The notes below the pieces were generated by a model. It was not told the DNA's origin, did not search any database, and was given only the letters and a program-made list of their open reading frames with translations. This document shows, in pieces, positions 38,202 through 47,921 of a stretch of 64,000 nt of DNA. The translations under genes were made by a program, and so were the position numbers. The stretch comes from Candidatus Tayloriibacteriota bacterium (GTDB taxonomy: Bacteria; Patescibacteriota; Minisyncoccia; Phycocordibacterales; PALSA-1337), in the NCBI GenBank assembly GCA_016215455.1, contig JACRJP010000003.1:124-64123 (forward strand), written 5' to 3'. Position 1 is the stretch's first letter; the number at the start of each line of letters is the position of its first letter.

Positions 38202-38386
38202 AAAACTAAATGAGCACAAAAATATGGAGAAAAATAAGATGAGCTCTCCGTTTAACTCATAAATACACACAGAGAGCTCCGCCCAAAAGATACAACGCAC
38301 ATTGGAGGCCTGCAGGTACTTGCACACCACAATATCAAATATGTTATTACTTGTCAAGATGTAAGGTTTGTGGCATTATAAACTTC

Positions 38387-39700
38387 ATGAAAAATCCTGT
38401 GAGTTCTACATACTATGACGTCGCTGTTATCGGAGGAGGCCCTGCGGGTATGATGGCAGCAGGCACCGCTGCTGCACGTGGTCTTCGCGTGATACTTATA
38501 GAAAAAAATGAAACTCTCGGAAAAAAACTTCTCATCACTGGAGGAGGTCGTTGTAATGTTACTAATGCAACATTTGATATTCGAACAATTCTTACTCGCT
38601 ATGCCGAGGCAGAACCTTTTTTGTATTCAACATTTAGTCAGCACGACGTACAAGCAACGCTCGATTTCTTTAATTCTCGCAACATGCCAACTACGATTGA
38701 AAAAGAGCGACGTGTCTTCCCTTCGAGCAATCAAGCTCAATCAGTATGGGATGTTTTAGTACACTACATGCGCGAAGGAAATGTAACAGTGCTTTCGAAT
38801 TCTCCTGTGACCGACATTGTGGAACATAATGGAAACATTACAAAAGTCATAGTAAAAGCATCAGCGAAGAATGGAAATATCTCAGAGGTGAGCGCCAATT
38901 CTTTTATTCTCGCTACCGGCGGAGTATCACGTCCTGAAACAGGATCCACAGGCGATGGTTTTACATGGCTCAAGAAACTCGGACATACTATACACGCTCC
39001 GATCGCATCACTCGTACCTCTGATTACCAAAGAAGAATGGGTTCACAAACTTCATGGCATTACTCTTCCTGATGTAGCTCTTTCTCTTTTTCAGAATAAC
39101 GAGCGACAACCTTTATCAGGAGTCAGTGCGTCAAAAAATAAAAAATCTCGAGGTAAACTTCTTTTTACTCACGTTGGAGTCAGTGGTCCGACTATTCTTA
39201 ATATGAGTAGTGATGCTGCAGAACTTCTGGGTTATGAAGGTGATGTAGAACTCTCAATTGATCTTCTTCCTGATCACGACACCGGGACTCTTAACACAGC
39301 TCTTCAGGAACTTTTTAAAACACACCATACAAAGAAAATTAAAAATTCTCTTGGTGAACTTATCCCGAATGCAATTGTTGAAGCAGTTCTTGATGCAGCT
39401 CACATCAAACATGACACCATGACAAATAGTGTGACACGTGAGGAGCGCATTCAACTCGTTAATACACTCAAAGATCTCCGTACCACCATCACTGACCTCT
39501 ATGAAAAGAAGGCTGTTGTTTCATCAGGAGGTCTTGAACTCTCTGAAGTAGACTTCAAAACAATGCAGTCACGTAAGTATCCCAATCTATATATAGTAGG
39601 TGACGTACTCAATATCAATCGACCTTCAGGTGGATACAGTTTGCAGATTTGTTGGACAACGGGATTTGTTGCTGGTAATTCAGTGGGGATCTCAAAATAG
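38387..39700 (+). CDS. HI0933/BaiN family flavoprotein
   Basis: IGGGPAGM, GKKLLITGGGRCNVTN, LATGG, TGSTGDG, LFTHVGVSGP and GGYSLQ. Confidence 0.92.
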   Translation: MKNPVSSTYYDVAVIGGGPAGMMAAGTAAARGLRVILIEKNETLGKKLLITGGGRCNVTNATFDIRTILTRYAEAEPFLYSTFSQHDVQATLDFFNSRNMPTTIEKERRVFPSSNQAQSVWDVLVHYMREGNVTVLSNSPVTDIVEHNGNITKVIVKASAKNGNISEVSANSFILATGGVSRPETGSTGDGFTWLKKLGHTIHAPIASLVPLITKEEWVHKLHGITLPDVALSLFQNNERQPLSGVSASKNKKSRGKLLFTHVGVSGPTILNMSSDAAELLGYEGDVELSIDLLPDHDTGTLNTALQELFKTHHTKKIKNSLGELIPNAIVEAVLDAAHIKHDTMTNSVTREERIQLVNTLKDLRTTITDLYEKKAVVSSGGLELSEVDFKTMQSRKYPNLYIVGDVLNINRPSGGYSLQICWTTGFVAGNSVGISK

Positions 39701-39724
39701 CCCAACTATTGGTTTCCCAATACA

Positions 39725-39753
39725 TTGACTTATACTACATTTCGTAGTATAAT
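39725..39753 (+). promoter_or_regulatory. Consensus sigma70 promoter with an overlapping dyad
   Basis: TTGACT-17-TATAAT; inverted repeat TTATACTAC-ATTTC-GTAGTATAA (39730-39752). Confidence 0.8.
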
Positions 39754-39807
39754 ATGTGAGGAAATTAAAAAGACTTCTCAACCACAACCAGTTACGAAAG
39801 ACACGTC

Positions 39808-40248
39808 ATGAACCTCCCTTTGTTCCTCAAATTTGCATTAATCGGCGGCATCCTTTATGGCATCGCAAATCCGTTTATGGGCAAAGCCCAGGCGGGTGGC
39901 TTGAATGCTGCCGCTACGGTAGTAATGGCTGCGATCGGCCAGCTGATCATCGGGATTGTGTTTGGAGGATTGAAAAGCTCCATCGCACACCCAGGCGGCT
40001 CAGCCGTCGCGATTGCGGTTGGAATTGCCTGGGGCTTCGGAGCCTTATGTATCAACCAGGCCATGAATCCTGCCCTAAAACCAGTCTATAGCCTAGCAGG
40101 CTTCGGTCTTAGTCTCATCCCTTTTATCAGCGCCATCGTTGCGATGGTCATGTTCAAAGAATGGGACAAGATTGTCTGGACCAAGTTCATTGGAGGAGGT
40201 TCTCTCCTCCTAACGGGACTTTGGCTCATCAGCAACTGCAAAAAGTAG
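39808..40248 (+). CDS. Small multi-TM membrane protein (DMT/EamA-like), orphan cassette
   Basis: About five TM helices; C-terminal FKEW...KFIGGGSLLLTGLWLI. Confidence 0.6.
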   Translation: MNLPLFLKFALIGGILYGIANPFMGKAQAGGLNAAATVVMAAIGQLIIGIVFGGLKSSIAHPGGSAVAIAVGIAWGFGALCINQAMNPALKPVYSLAGFGLSLIPFISAIVAMVMFKEWDKIVWTKFIGGGSLLLTGLWLISNCKK

Positions 40249-40267
40249 TTCGCCTACAAAGCGAACC

Positions 40268-40305
40268 AGCGTCAGGATCTTCGGAACCTGACGCTTTTGC
40301 TTTTA
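40268..40305 (+). terminator. Intrinsic terminator
   Basis: AGCGTCAGG-N10-CCTGACGCT followed by a T-rich tract. Confidence 0.8.
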
Positions 40306-40368
40306 TGTAACATTGACTTATACAAATAAGTATTGTAATTTATATTTGGACAACATCTTAGCTGAATT

Positions 40369-40992
40369 GTGAGCAAACTCTTAATCGTTCACGGGTACGA
40401 AGTGTATCCCGACCACACGATGTCCCCTCAAGCGACAGCGGTATGCAATAAAGTATTCGCTTTGAAGGACAACTACGACATCTTTCTCCTCATCGGAGGC
40501 TGGCACAATCCAACCCTTGGAATCAGAACAACTCTTGGTTGTGTCATGGCTGAACAACTTGTCAAAAAAGGTCTCGATCGTCACAGGATCTTTACCCACT
40601 TCAAACCTCCTGGTCACAACAAAAATATTCCACATCTTGTTCCACCTCGTGACACAATGGTGGAAGTGGATTGCCTCCCCTGGTATTTCAGGGCTCTTGG
40701 TCACCCTAATCCCAAGAAGGTAAAGTTTGACGCTGTGTGTGGAGGAATCTATTGGCCACGAACTCGATTCCTGTATGCTCTACGAGGTGCCAACCTTGGT
40801 AAACTCCATCCAGCATGGAGTTTGAGCCAAGAAGATCATCAGTATGCGCTTCAGCAAATTCCAGGTATACTCCTTACCGCAATGGATCCTCGAGGAGAAG
40901 GTAGGTTCTTTACGAAGCTTCGTCAGAAACGAACACCGGCAGGTTCGGAGAAGTGTCACTTTGCTCACGCTACTCCAATTGGCTGGACATAA
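40369..40992 (+). CDS. YdcF/DUF218-like protein (divergent), orphan cassette
   Basis: LIVHG...LLIGG...MAEQLVKKG...RDTMVE pattern; own promoter TTGACT-17-TAATTT (40313-40341). Confidence 0.5.
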   Translation: MSKLLIVHGYEVYPDHTMSPQATAVCNKVFALKDNYDIFLLIGGWHNPTLGIRTTLGCVMAEQLVKKGLDRHRIFTHFKPPGHNKNIPHLVPPRDTMVEVDCLPWYFRALGHPNPKKVKFDAVCGGIYWPRTRFLYALRGANLGKLHPAWSLSQEDHQYALQQIPGILLTAMDPRGEGRFFTKLRQKRTPAGSEKCHFAHATPIGWT

Positions 40993-41070
40993 TTTTCTGA
41001 AATTTTTTATTTTTTCTTCACATTTCAGTTGCTAATAATTTTATTTCCGTGTAATACTGTACTCACACCT

Positions 41071-43347
41071 ATGAAATTACTCATCGTCGAATCCCCCGCA
41101 AAAGCAAAAACAATTTCAAAATATCTTGAAGGTGCTTATACCGTAAAAGCGAGTGTTGGTCATGTTCGTGATCTTCCAAAAAGTAACAAAAAAGCAATCG
41201 ATATTGAGGCCGGCTTCGTTCCTCACTATGAAGTTTCTCCTGGTAAAGATGCAGTACTCAATGAGATCATGCAGCTTGCTGATAAGGCAGATGAAGTCCT
41301 TCTTGCAACCGACCCCGACCGTGAAGGTGAAGCTATTGCATGGCACATTGCTCAAGCGGCAAAGCTCAAGAAACCACAACGTGTTGTCTTCTATGAAATT
41401 ACCAAAGATGCTGTTCGAGAAGCGATTCTTCATCCTCGTGCTATTGATCAAAATCTCCGCAAAGCTCAAGAAGCTCGGCGTGTGCTTGATCGACTCGTAG
41501 GCTACGATCTTTCGGGTCTCATTTGGAAAAAAGTTCGCTACGGACTTTCAGCAGGTCGCGTACAGTCTCCTGCCCTTCGCATCATCATGGAACGAGAGCG
41601 AGAAATCCGTGCCTTCATTTCTCATAAGTTTTGGGTGATATCAGCAGATGTCGAGACAAAGAAAAAAGAAAAAATCACTGTCACATGTGTCGAAGAGCCA
41701 CTCGATTTTAAAAAAGTTGAAGACATCATTGCTATTGGAAAAAAGCAACCATGGAATGTTGTATCTGTTGACGAAACGGAAGCATCACGATCTCCAAAAG
41801 CTCCTTTCATCACTTCAACTCTCCAACAAACAGCAAGTACACGTTTGGGATACGCCCCATCACGAACAATGTCAGTCGCTCAACGATTATATGAAGCGGG
41901 TCTCATCACCTATATGCGTACGGACAGTACCAACTTGAGTCAGGTTGCTCTTGGTCAAATTGCAGGACTTGTAGAACGTGAATATGGTAAGCAGTATCAT
42001 CAATTCCGCACATTTGCAGCAAAAAGTAAAAATGCTCAAGAAGCCCACGAAGCAGTACGTCCAACTGACGTAAGTGTCATGAGTGCAGGAGCAAACGATG
42101 AACAAAAAAAGCTCTACGAACTCATTTGGCAACGAACTGTTGCCTCACAGATGTCAGATGCGAAGATTCTCCGTACAAAAGTAACAGCAAATATTAAAGC
42201 TGGCAGTATAACGATTCCTGACTTTACAGCAAATGGCAGTCGAGTACTCTTTGATGGTTGGCTCAAAGCTGATCCTGATGCTCGAGGTGAAGATGTTGAA
42301 CTTCCCAAGGTTGAAGCTGGTTCACCACTCGATCTCATCAACATCACATCACTCGAGAAAGAAACTCAACCACCATCACGTTACACCGAAGCCGGTCTCA
42401 TTAAAGAACTTGAAAAGCGAGGTATCGGTCGTCCTTCAACCTATGCTTCTATTATTCGAACCATCGAAACACGTGGATATGTCGAAAAAGAAAATCGAAC
42501 TCTCAAACCAACTGACACTGGAGATGTTGTATCAAGTTTCCTTGAAGCAAACTTTGCTGACTATATCAGTGATACCTTCACAGCAGAAATGGAAGATAAG
42601 CTCGACTCTATAGCCGAAGGAAAACTCGAATATGAAAAAACTCTCAAAGATTTCTATGGTCCTTTTACCAAAGATGTAAAATCAAAAGATAAACTCGCTA
42701 AAGCGACTGACCTCGGTGCCGCTGACACAAAATATATATGTCCAAAATGTGGTACTGGAGACATGACCATAAAGCTTGGTCGTGGAGGTAAATTCATTTC
42801 ATGTAATCGCTATCCTGATTGCGATGGAGCTCTAACTATTGATGGGAAAGAAATAAAGAAAGATGAACCAATTGGTAACGATCCTGCAACTGGTCTCCCT
42901 ATTTTCGTAAACGTCGGACGATTTGGTCCATATGTTCAACTTGGAGAGAAAACTAAAGAAAACAAAAAACCACGTATGGCGAGTATTCCAAAAACAGCTG
43001 ATATTGAAAATGTCAGTGTGGCAGATGCTGTAAAGTATCTCAGTCTCCCTCGTGAACTTGGAGTACATCCAGAAACACAACAAAAAATTACGGCAAGTGT
43101 TGGACGATTTGGTCCCTACATTGTTCATGAAAAAGATTTTCGATCACTCAAAACCGATGATGTGTATACCATCGGACTTGATCGAGCACTCGAAATCCTT
43201 AAACAACCAAAAGCTATACGACGAGGTCGTTTTGCAAAAAAGACAACTGAAACTACAACGTCTCCAGAAGTAGCAAAAGAAACTCAAACTAAAGTAAAGA
43301 AACCTCGAACAAAGAAAGCGACTAAAGCGATACAGGAAGAGTTTTAA
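41071..43347 (+). CDS. topA: DNA topoisomerase I (type IA)
   Basis: LIVESPAKAK, ATDPDREGE, SAGRVQS, ITYMRTD and GIGRPSTY; one Zn ribbon, two GRFGPY repeats and a Lys-rich tail. Confidence 0.97.
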   Translation: MKLLIVESPAKAKTISKYLEGAYTVKASVGHVRDLPKSNKKAIDIEAGFVPHYEVSPGKDAVLNEIMQLADKADEVLLATDPDREGEAIAWHIAQAAKLKKPQRVVFYEITKDAVREAILHPRAIDQNLRKAQEARRVLDRLVGYDLSGLIWKKVRYGLSAGRVQSPALRIIMEREREIRAFISHKFWVISADVETKKKEKITVTCVEEPLDFKKVEDIIAIGKKQPWNVVSVDETEASRSPKAPFITSTLQQTASTRLGYAPSRTMSVAQRLYEAGLITYMRTDSTNLSQVALGQIAGLVEREYGKQYHQFRTFAAKSKNAQEAHEAVRPTDVSVMSAGANDEQKKLYELIWQRTVASQMSDAKILRTKVTANIKAGSITIPDFTANGSRVLFDGWLKADPDARGEDVELPKVEAGSPLDLINITSLEKETQPPSRYTEAGLIKELEKRGIGRPSTYASIIRTIETRGYVEKENRTLKPTDTGDVVSSFLEANFADYISDTFTAEMEDKLDSIAEGKLEYEKTLKDFYGPFTKDVKSKDKLAKATDLGAADTKYICPKCGTGDMTIKLGRGGKFISCNRYPDCDGALTIDGKEIKKDEPIGNDPATGLPIFVNVGRFGPYVQLGEKTKENKKPRMASIPKTADIENVSVADAVKYLSLPRELGVHPETQQKITASVGRFGPYIVHEKDFRSLKTDDVYTIGLDRALEILKQPKAIRRGRFAKKTTETTTSPEVAKETQTKVKKPRTKKATKAIQEEF

Positions 43348-43364
43348 ATAAAAAGCAAACAAGA

Positions 43365-43598
43365 TCAATTGAGCAAGGCTCGGCGACGAGCACGTCGCGT
43401 CAGATGCGTCGCTACCTCAAACCGTTGATCGCCCGACCGGACAGGATCGGCACTGAGCCCTTCAAGCACAAAGCTGTTTCTCGGGGTAAATGGCAGATGA
43501 TCGATGATCACATCCAACCGCAACCAATCAGGATAGTCATCAGAAGGTGCGTGAGCGGCACGTTCAGCGAGAACCGCAGAATCGGCTAACGTCTTCAT
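43365..43598 (-). CDS. Small hypothetical protein (77 aa, GC-rich orphan cassette)
   Basis: MKTLADSAV...RRARRRALLN; promoter TTGACG-16-TATGCT (43663-43636). Confidence 0.5.
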   Translation of the reverse strand: MKTLADSAVLAERAAHAPSDDYPDWLRLDVIIDHLPFTPRNSFVLEGLSADPVRSGDQRFEVATHLTRRARRRALLN

Positions 43599-43694
43599 AG
43601 AATGAAATGAACGTATAAGATTGTGGTCTAAGAGCAGCATACCATGCATCTGATATTCGTCAATACACCCTTCTCACAAGGTGTACGGGGAATC

Positions 43695-44729
43695 CTAAAT
43701 ACCAAAATTCTTAACCGAATAGAGATCTTCGGTGTTTTCATCTTGAACTTTTTCTTCTTTTGGACGATCATCGACAGGAGTCTCAGTTTCAGATCCTTCT
43801 ACAGGGGCAATATCAAGTGGAGTAGCTTGCGAGATCGTCGAACTCGCCGATTGGGCGATATGAGAATTAAGCATTGCATTTGGATCTCGTTGAGTATTTG
43901 AATTCATGAGACCAAGAATAAAGCGGAGATCATCAGCTGAGAAAAAGTCGATCAAGATTTTACCTCCCTCATCCTTTTGTTCGATTTTTACACGAGTACC
44001 AAGAGATTCCTTAAACTTTTCTTCAAGCTCTACGATAGCAGGATCATATGCTCGTTCCTTTTTTCGAACACGATCATATGCAATACGACGTGCAATAGCT
44101 TCAGCCTCACGTACCGTGAGTTTTTTAAATATAATTTCCTTAAACAAAGTTGTTTGTTCTTCAGGATGGTCTGCAAGCATGAGTAATGGTCGAGTATGCC
44201 CTTCAGAAATCTTACCCTCACCTAAAGCTGTCAGAATTTCATCCGGCAACAACAAAATACGCATTGTATTTGAAACATACTCACGACTCTTCCCTACTTT
44301 TTCTGCAATTTGAATATGCTTAAGACCGAATTCTTTTGCCAAACGATCAAATGATCGAGCTCGATCAACAGCATTAAGATCTTCACGTTGAAGGTTTTCG
44401 ATGATAGCAAGTTCAAGTTTCACACGAGCATCATCTTCACCAATACTTGTACGAATGAGAGCTGGTACCTGAGAGAGTCCAGCAATCTTTGAAGCACGAA
44501 GACGTCGTTCACCTGAAATGAGTTCGTACTCAACAGAAAGTCCACCATCTTCTTTATATACTTCATTACGTGTTACGACAAGCGGCTGAAGAATTCCATA
44601 CATACGAATCGACTCAGCGAGATCTTTGAGTCGCGCATCATCAAACTCTCGACGAGGTTGATATGGGTTTGGCTTAATCTTTCCAATATCAATCCAAAAA
44701 ATTGAATCTCCGTACAGTTGAGGGGGCAT
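43695..44729 (-). CDS. parB: ParB/Spo0J chromosome partition protein
   Basis: PNPYQPRREF, GILQPLVV, GERRLRA and IENLQREDL; HTH. Confidence 0.95.
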   Translation of the reverse strand: MPPQLYGDSIFWIDIGKIKPNPYQPRREFDDARLKDLAESIRMYGILQPLVVTRNEVYKEDGGLSVEYELISGERRLRASKIAGLSQVPALIRTSIGEDDARVKLELAIIENLQREDLNAVDRARSFDRLAKEFGLKHIQIAEKVGKSREYVSNTMRILLLPDEILTALGEGKISEGHTRPLLMLADHPEEQTTLFKEIIFKKLTVREAEAIARRIAYDRVRKKERAYDPAIVELEEKFKESLGTRVKIEQKDEGGKILIDFFSADDLRFILGLMNSNTQRDPNAMLNSHIAQSASSTISQATPLDIAPVEGSETETPVDDRPKEEKVQDENTEDLYSVKNFGI

Positions 44730-44835
44730 GTAAATAGTTAATTACAAGAACAATTTTATCATATTCCCCGCACGGTTGAAATGGGTATAAAATTGATTTT
44801 TGATGCTTTTTGGCGTACCATGAACTCGTTCACTC

Positions 44836-44916
44836 GCCGGAGTGGCGGAATGGCATACGCACACGACTCAAAATCGTGCGCCGCAAGGCTTGTGGGTTCA
44901 AGTCCCACCTCCGGCA
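44836..44916 (+). tRNA. tRNA-Leu (CAA)
   Basis: GCCGGAG/CTCCGGC; CACGA-CTCAAAA-TCGTG; long variable arm. Confidence 0.95.
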
Positions 44917-44933
44917 CAAACATACGTACTGAA

Positions 44934-45824
44934 ATGACTACAAAGATCATCGTCATCTTAGGTCCTACTGCTTCTGGTAAAAGCAATCTTGCTGTTGATA
45001 TTGCCTTACAACATAATGGTGAAGTTATTTCTGCTGACTCACGACAGATATACAAAGGACTCGATATTGGTACTGGGAAGATTACACATGAAGAAATGAA
45101 AGGAATCACCCATCACCTTCTTGATATTCGTAATCCAAATGAAACATATTCTGTTGCTGAATGGGTACACGATGCAACTGAAGCAATTAACAGCATCGCG
45201 AGTCGAGGAAAAATACCCATCATCTGTGGTGGTACAGGATTCTATATATCAGCACTCGTCGATGGTATTTCCCTTCCTGATGTTCCTCGTAATGAAGAGT
45301 TACGAAAAGAATTAGAAAAACTATCTCCAGAAGTTTTATTTCAAAAACTTACAGCCCTTGATCCACAACGTGCAGCCATCATTGATCCTCAGAACAAACG
45401 ACGACTCGAACGTGCGATTGAAATAGCGACAGAGATAGGAAAAGTACCTGAAATTTCAGCTCGACCGAATCCTGAATTTGAATTCTTGCAAATTGGTATC
45501 ACAACACCTGACACTGAACTTCGCCAAAGAATCAACACTAGACTTGTTACACGTATTCAACAAGGTCTCATTGATGAAGCTCGTGAGCTCCATACAAATG
45601 GTTTGAGTTTTGAACGAATGCGTGCTCTCGGACTTGAATATCGCTACCTTGCCGATTTACTCGAAGGAATTCTAACTGAATCACAATTTCAAGAAATTCT
45701 TGCAACAAAGATTTGGCAATATGCCCGTCGACAAAAAGCGTGGTTTAAAAGAGATTCAAGAATTCAGTGGATACGTAAAAGCGACACCAAAGATATCGAC
45801 ATGATGATTAAAAAGTTTCTATAG
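44934..45824 (+). CDS. miaA: tRNA dimethylallyltransferase
   Basis: GPTASGKS, SADSRQIY, GGTGFY and YARRQKAWF. Confidence 0.96.
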   Translation: MTTKIIVILGPTASGKSNLAVDIALQHNGEVISADSRQIYKGLDIGTGKITHEEMKGITHHLLDIRNPNETYSVAEWVHDATEAINSIASRGKIPIICGGTGFYISALVDGISLPDVPRNEELRKELEKLSPEVLFQKLTALDPQRAAIIDPQNKRRLERAIEIATEIGKVPEISARPNPEFEFLQIGITTPDTELRQRINTRLVTRIQQGLIDEARELHTNGLSFERMRALGLEYRYLADLLEGILTESQFQEILATKIWQYARRQKAWFKRDSRIQWIRKSDTKDIDMMIKKFL

Positions 45825-46466
45825 TACTTCTCTGAATGGCTTTCTTGCTAAAATTCCAGTTTTTATATTAAACATAGGACTTCCATCGGATCTTGTCGCT
45901 GTAGCCATGCTCTTGTTTTCTACAAAACTTATTATTTCCCAATCTGAATACAATTCTCTCATCTCCCCTAATTCTGGATAGAATCTTCCCTTTGCGTCCG
46001 GTAATTTTGAAAAATCACCTTCAGATGTAAAAGTCTCTATAGCATTAACTCCACCTTCTTTTGTGTGTTCTTTAATCTTCAAAATAAATTCTTCCGCTTC
46101 TACTCTCGTTAGATGATGAAGCATTAATATTGATACCACTGAATCATATTCTCCTTCTAGGTTTTCTCTTGCGTCACCGATCCTTGCTTCAAAATTTTGT
46201 AATGATCGTTCTTTTGCAATTCTATTCATAGAATTTACCCCTACTTCTGATAGTTCTATAGCTGTCACCGAAAAACCTTGCTCTGCTAGGACGAGAGAGT
46301 TTCTCCCTTGTCCTGCGCCAAATTCAATCACCTTTCCACCTTCGGGAATAAACTTACCGACTTCTAAAATCAAAGGACTCACTTTACCCGAGTTAAATGC
46401 AGCCTCTCTTTCGGAATATATTTTATCGTACTGTGCTGCCACAGGATTTTCAGGATTTTTTTCCAT
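45819..46466 (-). CDS. Class I SAM-dependent methyltransferase (TehB-like)
   Basis: VIEFGAGQGRNSLVLA and MLHHL. Confidence 0.88.
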   Translation of the reverse strand: MEKNPENPVAAQYDKIYSEREAAFNSGKVSPLILEVGKFIPEGGKVIEFGAGQGRNSLVLAEQGFSVTAIELSEVGVNSMNRIAKERSLQNFEARIGDARENLEGEYDSVVSILMLHHLTRVEAEEFILKIKEHTKEGGVNAIETFTSEGDFSKLPDAKGRFYPELGEMRELYSDWEIISFVENKSMATATRSDGSPMFNIKTGILARKPFREVL

Positions 46467-46486
46467 GTCTTCGTTGTATTAATTTG

Positions 46487-46557
46487 CGGGGGATGAAGGA
46501 ATCGAACCCTCACTTACGCGTTTGGAGTGCGTAGTTCTACCATTAAACTAATCCCCC
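46487..46557 (-). tRNA. tRNA-Trp (CCA)
   Basis: GGGGGAT/ATCCCCC; ACGCA-CTCCAAA-CGCGT; G73. Confidence 0.92.
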
Positions 46558-46624
46558 TTTCATTGAACGTGCAAACTATAGCACATTGACTTGGTTTTGA
46601 TAAGAAATAAAAATCCTCCTGCCG

Positions 46625-47596
46625 TTACTTACCGGGAGGCGGCGTGGCGTAATTCAATTGAATCCACCGATAGAAATTGGCTCGCTCAGTATCGCTTTGA
46701 CCGTGTGCCGAACACCATTCCGTCGCAAGGTCCGTAAGAATACTGAGGAACAAGGTGTCGCGATCTATACGACTAAGGCGACGCCCTAAATGCGTATCCA
46801 CAGTTTGAATGTCAGCTGGTTGAATCTGTTGCAACAATCGTTCAATCGAAGAAGCTGGGTATTTCTTGACCATCTTCCTAATCAAATCATAGTAGCCTGG
46901 ATGAGCAAACTCTATGACCGACGAGGTTACTCGATGCATATCCATTTCCTCAAGCCACCGATTAGGTGAATCGGGACCAGGGACAGCAATTCCATTTTCA
47001 CGATTATGTCGCAAGGCATGCCCGAGCTCATGGAAAAGAGTCCCTGCAAAAATTACTTCATCAAAATTGCGAGCAGGACATACCACAGCACTAAGATCGG
47101 TACGCCACATTGGCGTATCAATCCGTGCTACCACACCAAGATCTGCTTTGGTAAAAAAGAAGAAACGAACAAGTCCATTACTCCTTACCATATCAACATT
47201 CTCGTGAGGAGCAATGAGATCAGATCCTTGATTACCCTGTGCGACTCCAACACGAAAATCTTTGAAACGCTCGTATATCTTTTCCGTCTCAGGAGTAGCT
47301 TTGGCATACTTCGCCAAGAGTTGCTGAATTTCAACTTTCTTCGAGGTGTAGAGATCGAACGAAGCTTTGTTGGCAGGTGGCATATTTTCAAGCCACCACG
47401 TTCCATACTGCCCCATATCGACATATCCACGATAGAGCATTTCCACGTGTGCAGCCGTTTTTTGCGTTGCACGATACTGATACATTCGCCATACAGGCCG
47501 AAAGAACAGTGATCCAATAATCAAAGTCATCAATCCACCCCACACCCACCAAGACATATACCAAGGTGTCGGGTACTGAGCTGCTTTCTTTCTCAT
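46625..47596 (-). CDS. Membrane-anchored zincin-like metalloprotease (orphan cassette)
   Basis: N-terminal TM; FHELGHA (HExxH) and a downstream EE; promoter TTGACT-16-TATATT (47661-47634). Confidence 0.55.
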   Translation of the reverse strand: MRKKAAQYPTPWYMSWWVWGGLMTLIIGSLFFRPVWRMYQYRATQKTAAHVEMLYRGYVDMGQYGTWWLENMPPANKASFDLYTSKKVEIQQLLAKYAKATPETEKIYERFKDFRVGVAQGNQGSDLIAPHENVDMVRSNGLVRFFFFTKADLGVVARIDTPMWRTDLSAVVCPARNFDEVIFAGTLFHELGHALRHNRENGIAVPGPDSPNRWLEEMDMHRVTSSVIEFAHPGYYDLIRKMVKKYPASSIERLLQQIQPADIQTVDTHLGRRLSRIDRDTLFLSILTDLATEWCSAHGQSDTERANFYRWIQLNYATPPPGK

Positions 47597-47677
47597 ACGA
47601 CATTCATCAAAACTGTAAAGGAGATCCTGTGTGAATATACAATATAAATTACATAAGTCAAATATGTATCAGGTAAA

Positions 47678-47704
47678 GAAAAACCACTCCGTGAGTGGTT
47701 TTTC
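47678..47704 (-). terminator. Terminator after rpmG
   Basis: GAAAAACCACTC-CGT-GAGTGGTTTTTC. Confidence 0.8.
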
Positions 47705-47709
47705 CGTTA

Positions 47710-47865
47710 TTATTTCTTCGCTTCCTTAAAGGTAACGTGCTTTCGAAGAGTTTTACTGAACTTTTTGAGCTCGATTTTGCGCTCAACTTTGCGCTTGTTC
47801 TTGCTTGTCCAATAAACTTCTCCTGTTTCCTTGTTTTTGAGTTGTATAAGTCGATCCTGTGACAT
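47710..47865 (-). CDS. rpmG: 50S ribosomal protein L33 (Cys-free form)
   Basis: Hand translation MSQDRLIQLKNKETGEVYWTSKNKRKVERKIELKKFSKTLRKHVTFKEAKK; below the ORF-track cutoff. Confidence 0.92.
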   Translation of the reverse strand: MSQDRLIQLKNKETGEVYWTSKNKRKVERKIELKKFSKTLRKHVTFKEAKK

Positions 47866-47921
47866 GCGAGCTATATTACCCTAAGAGCGTTCATAAATCA
47901 AGAGTATGCTAGAATAATCCC

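Noticed and set aside
43650-44830. parA or a parS site next to parB
   Set aside because: No parA ORF, and no TGTTTCACGTGAAACA-like palindrome recognised by eye.
44759-45109. ORF over tRNA-Leu/miaA and the N-terminal extension of miaA
   Set aside because: Overlaps a clear tRNA; miaA motifs begin at 44934.
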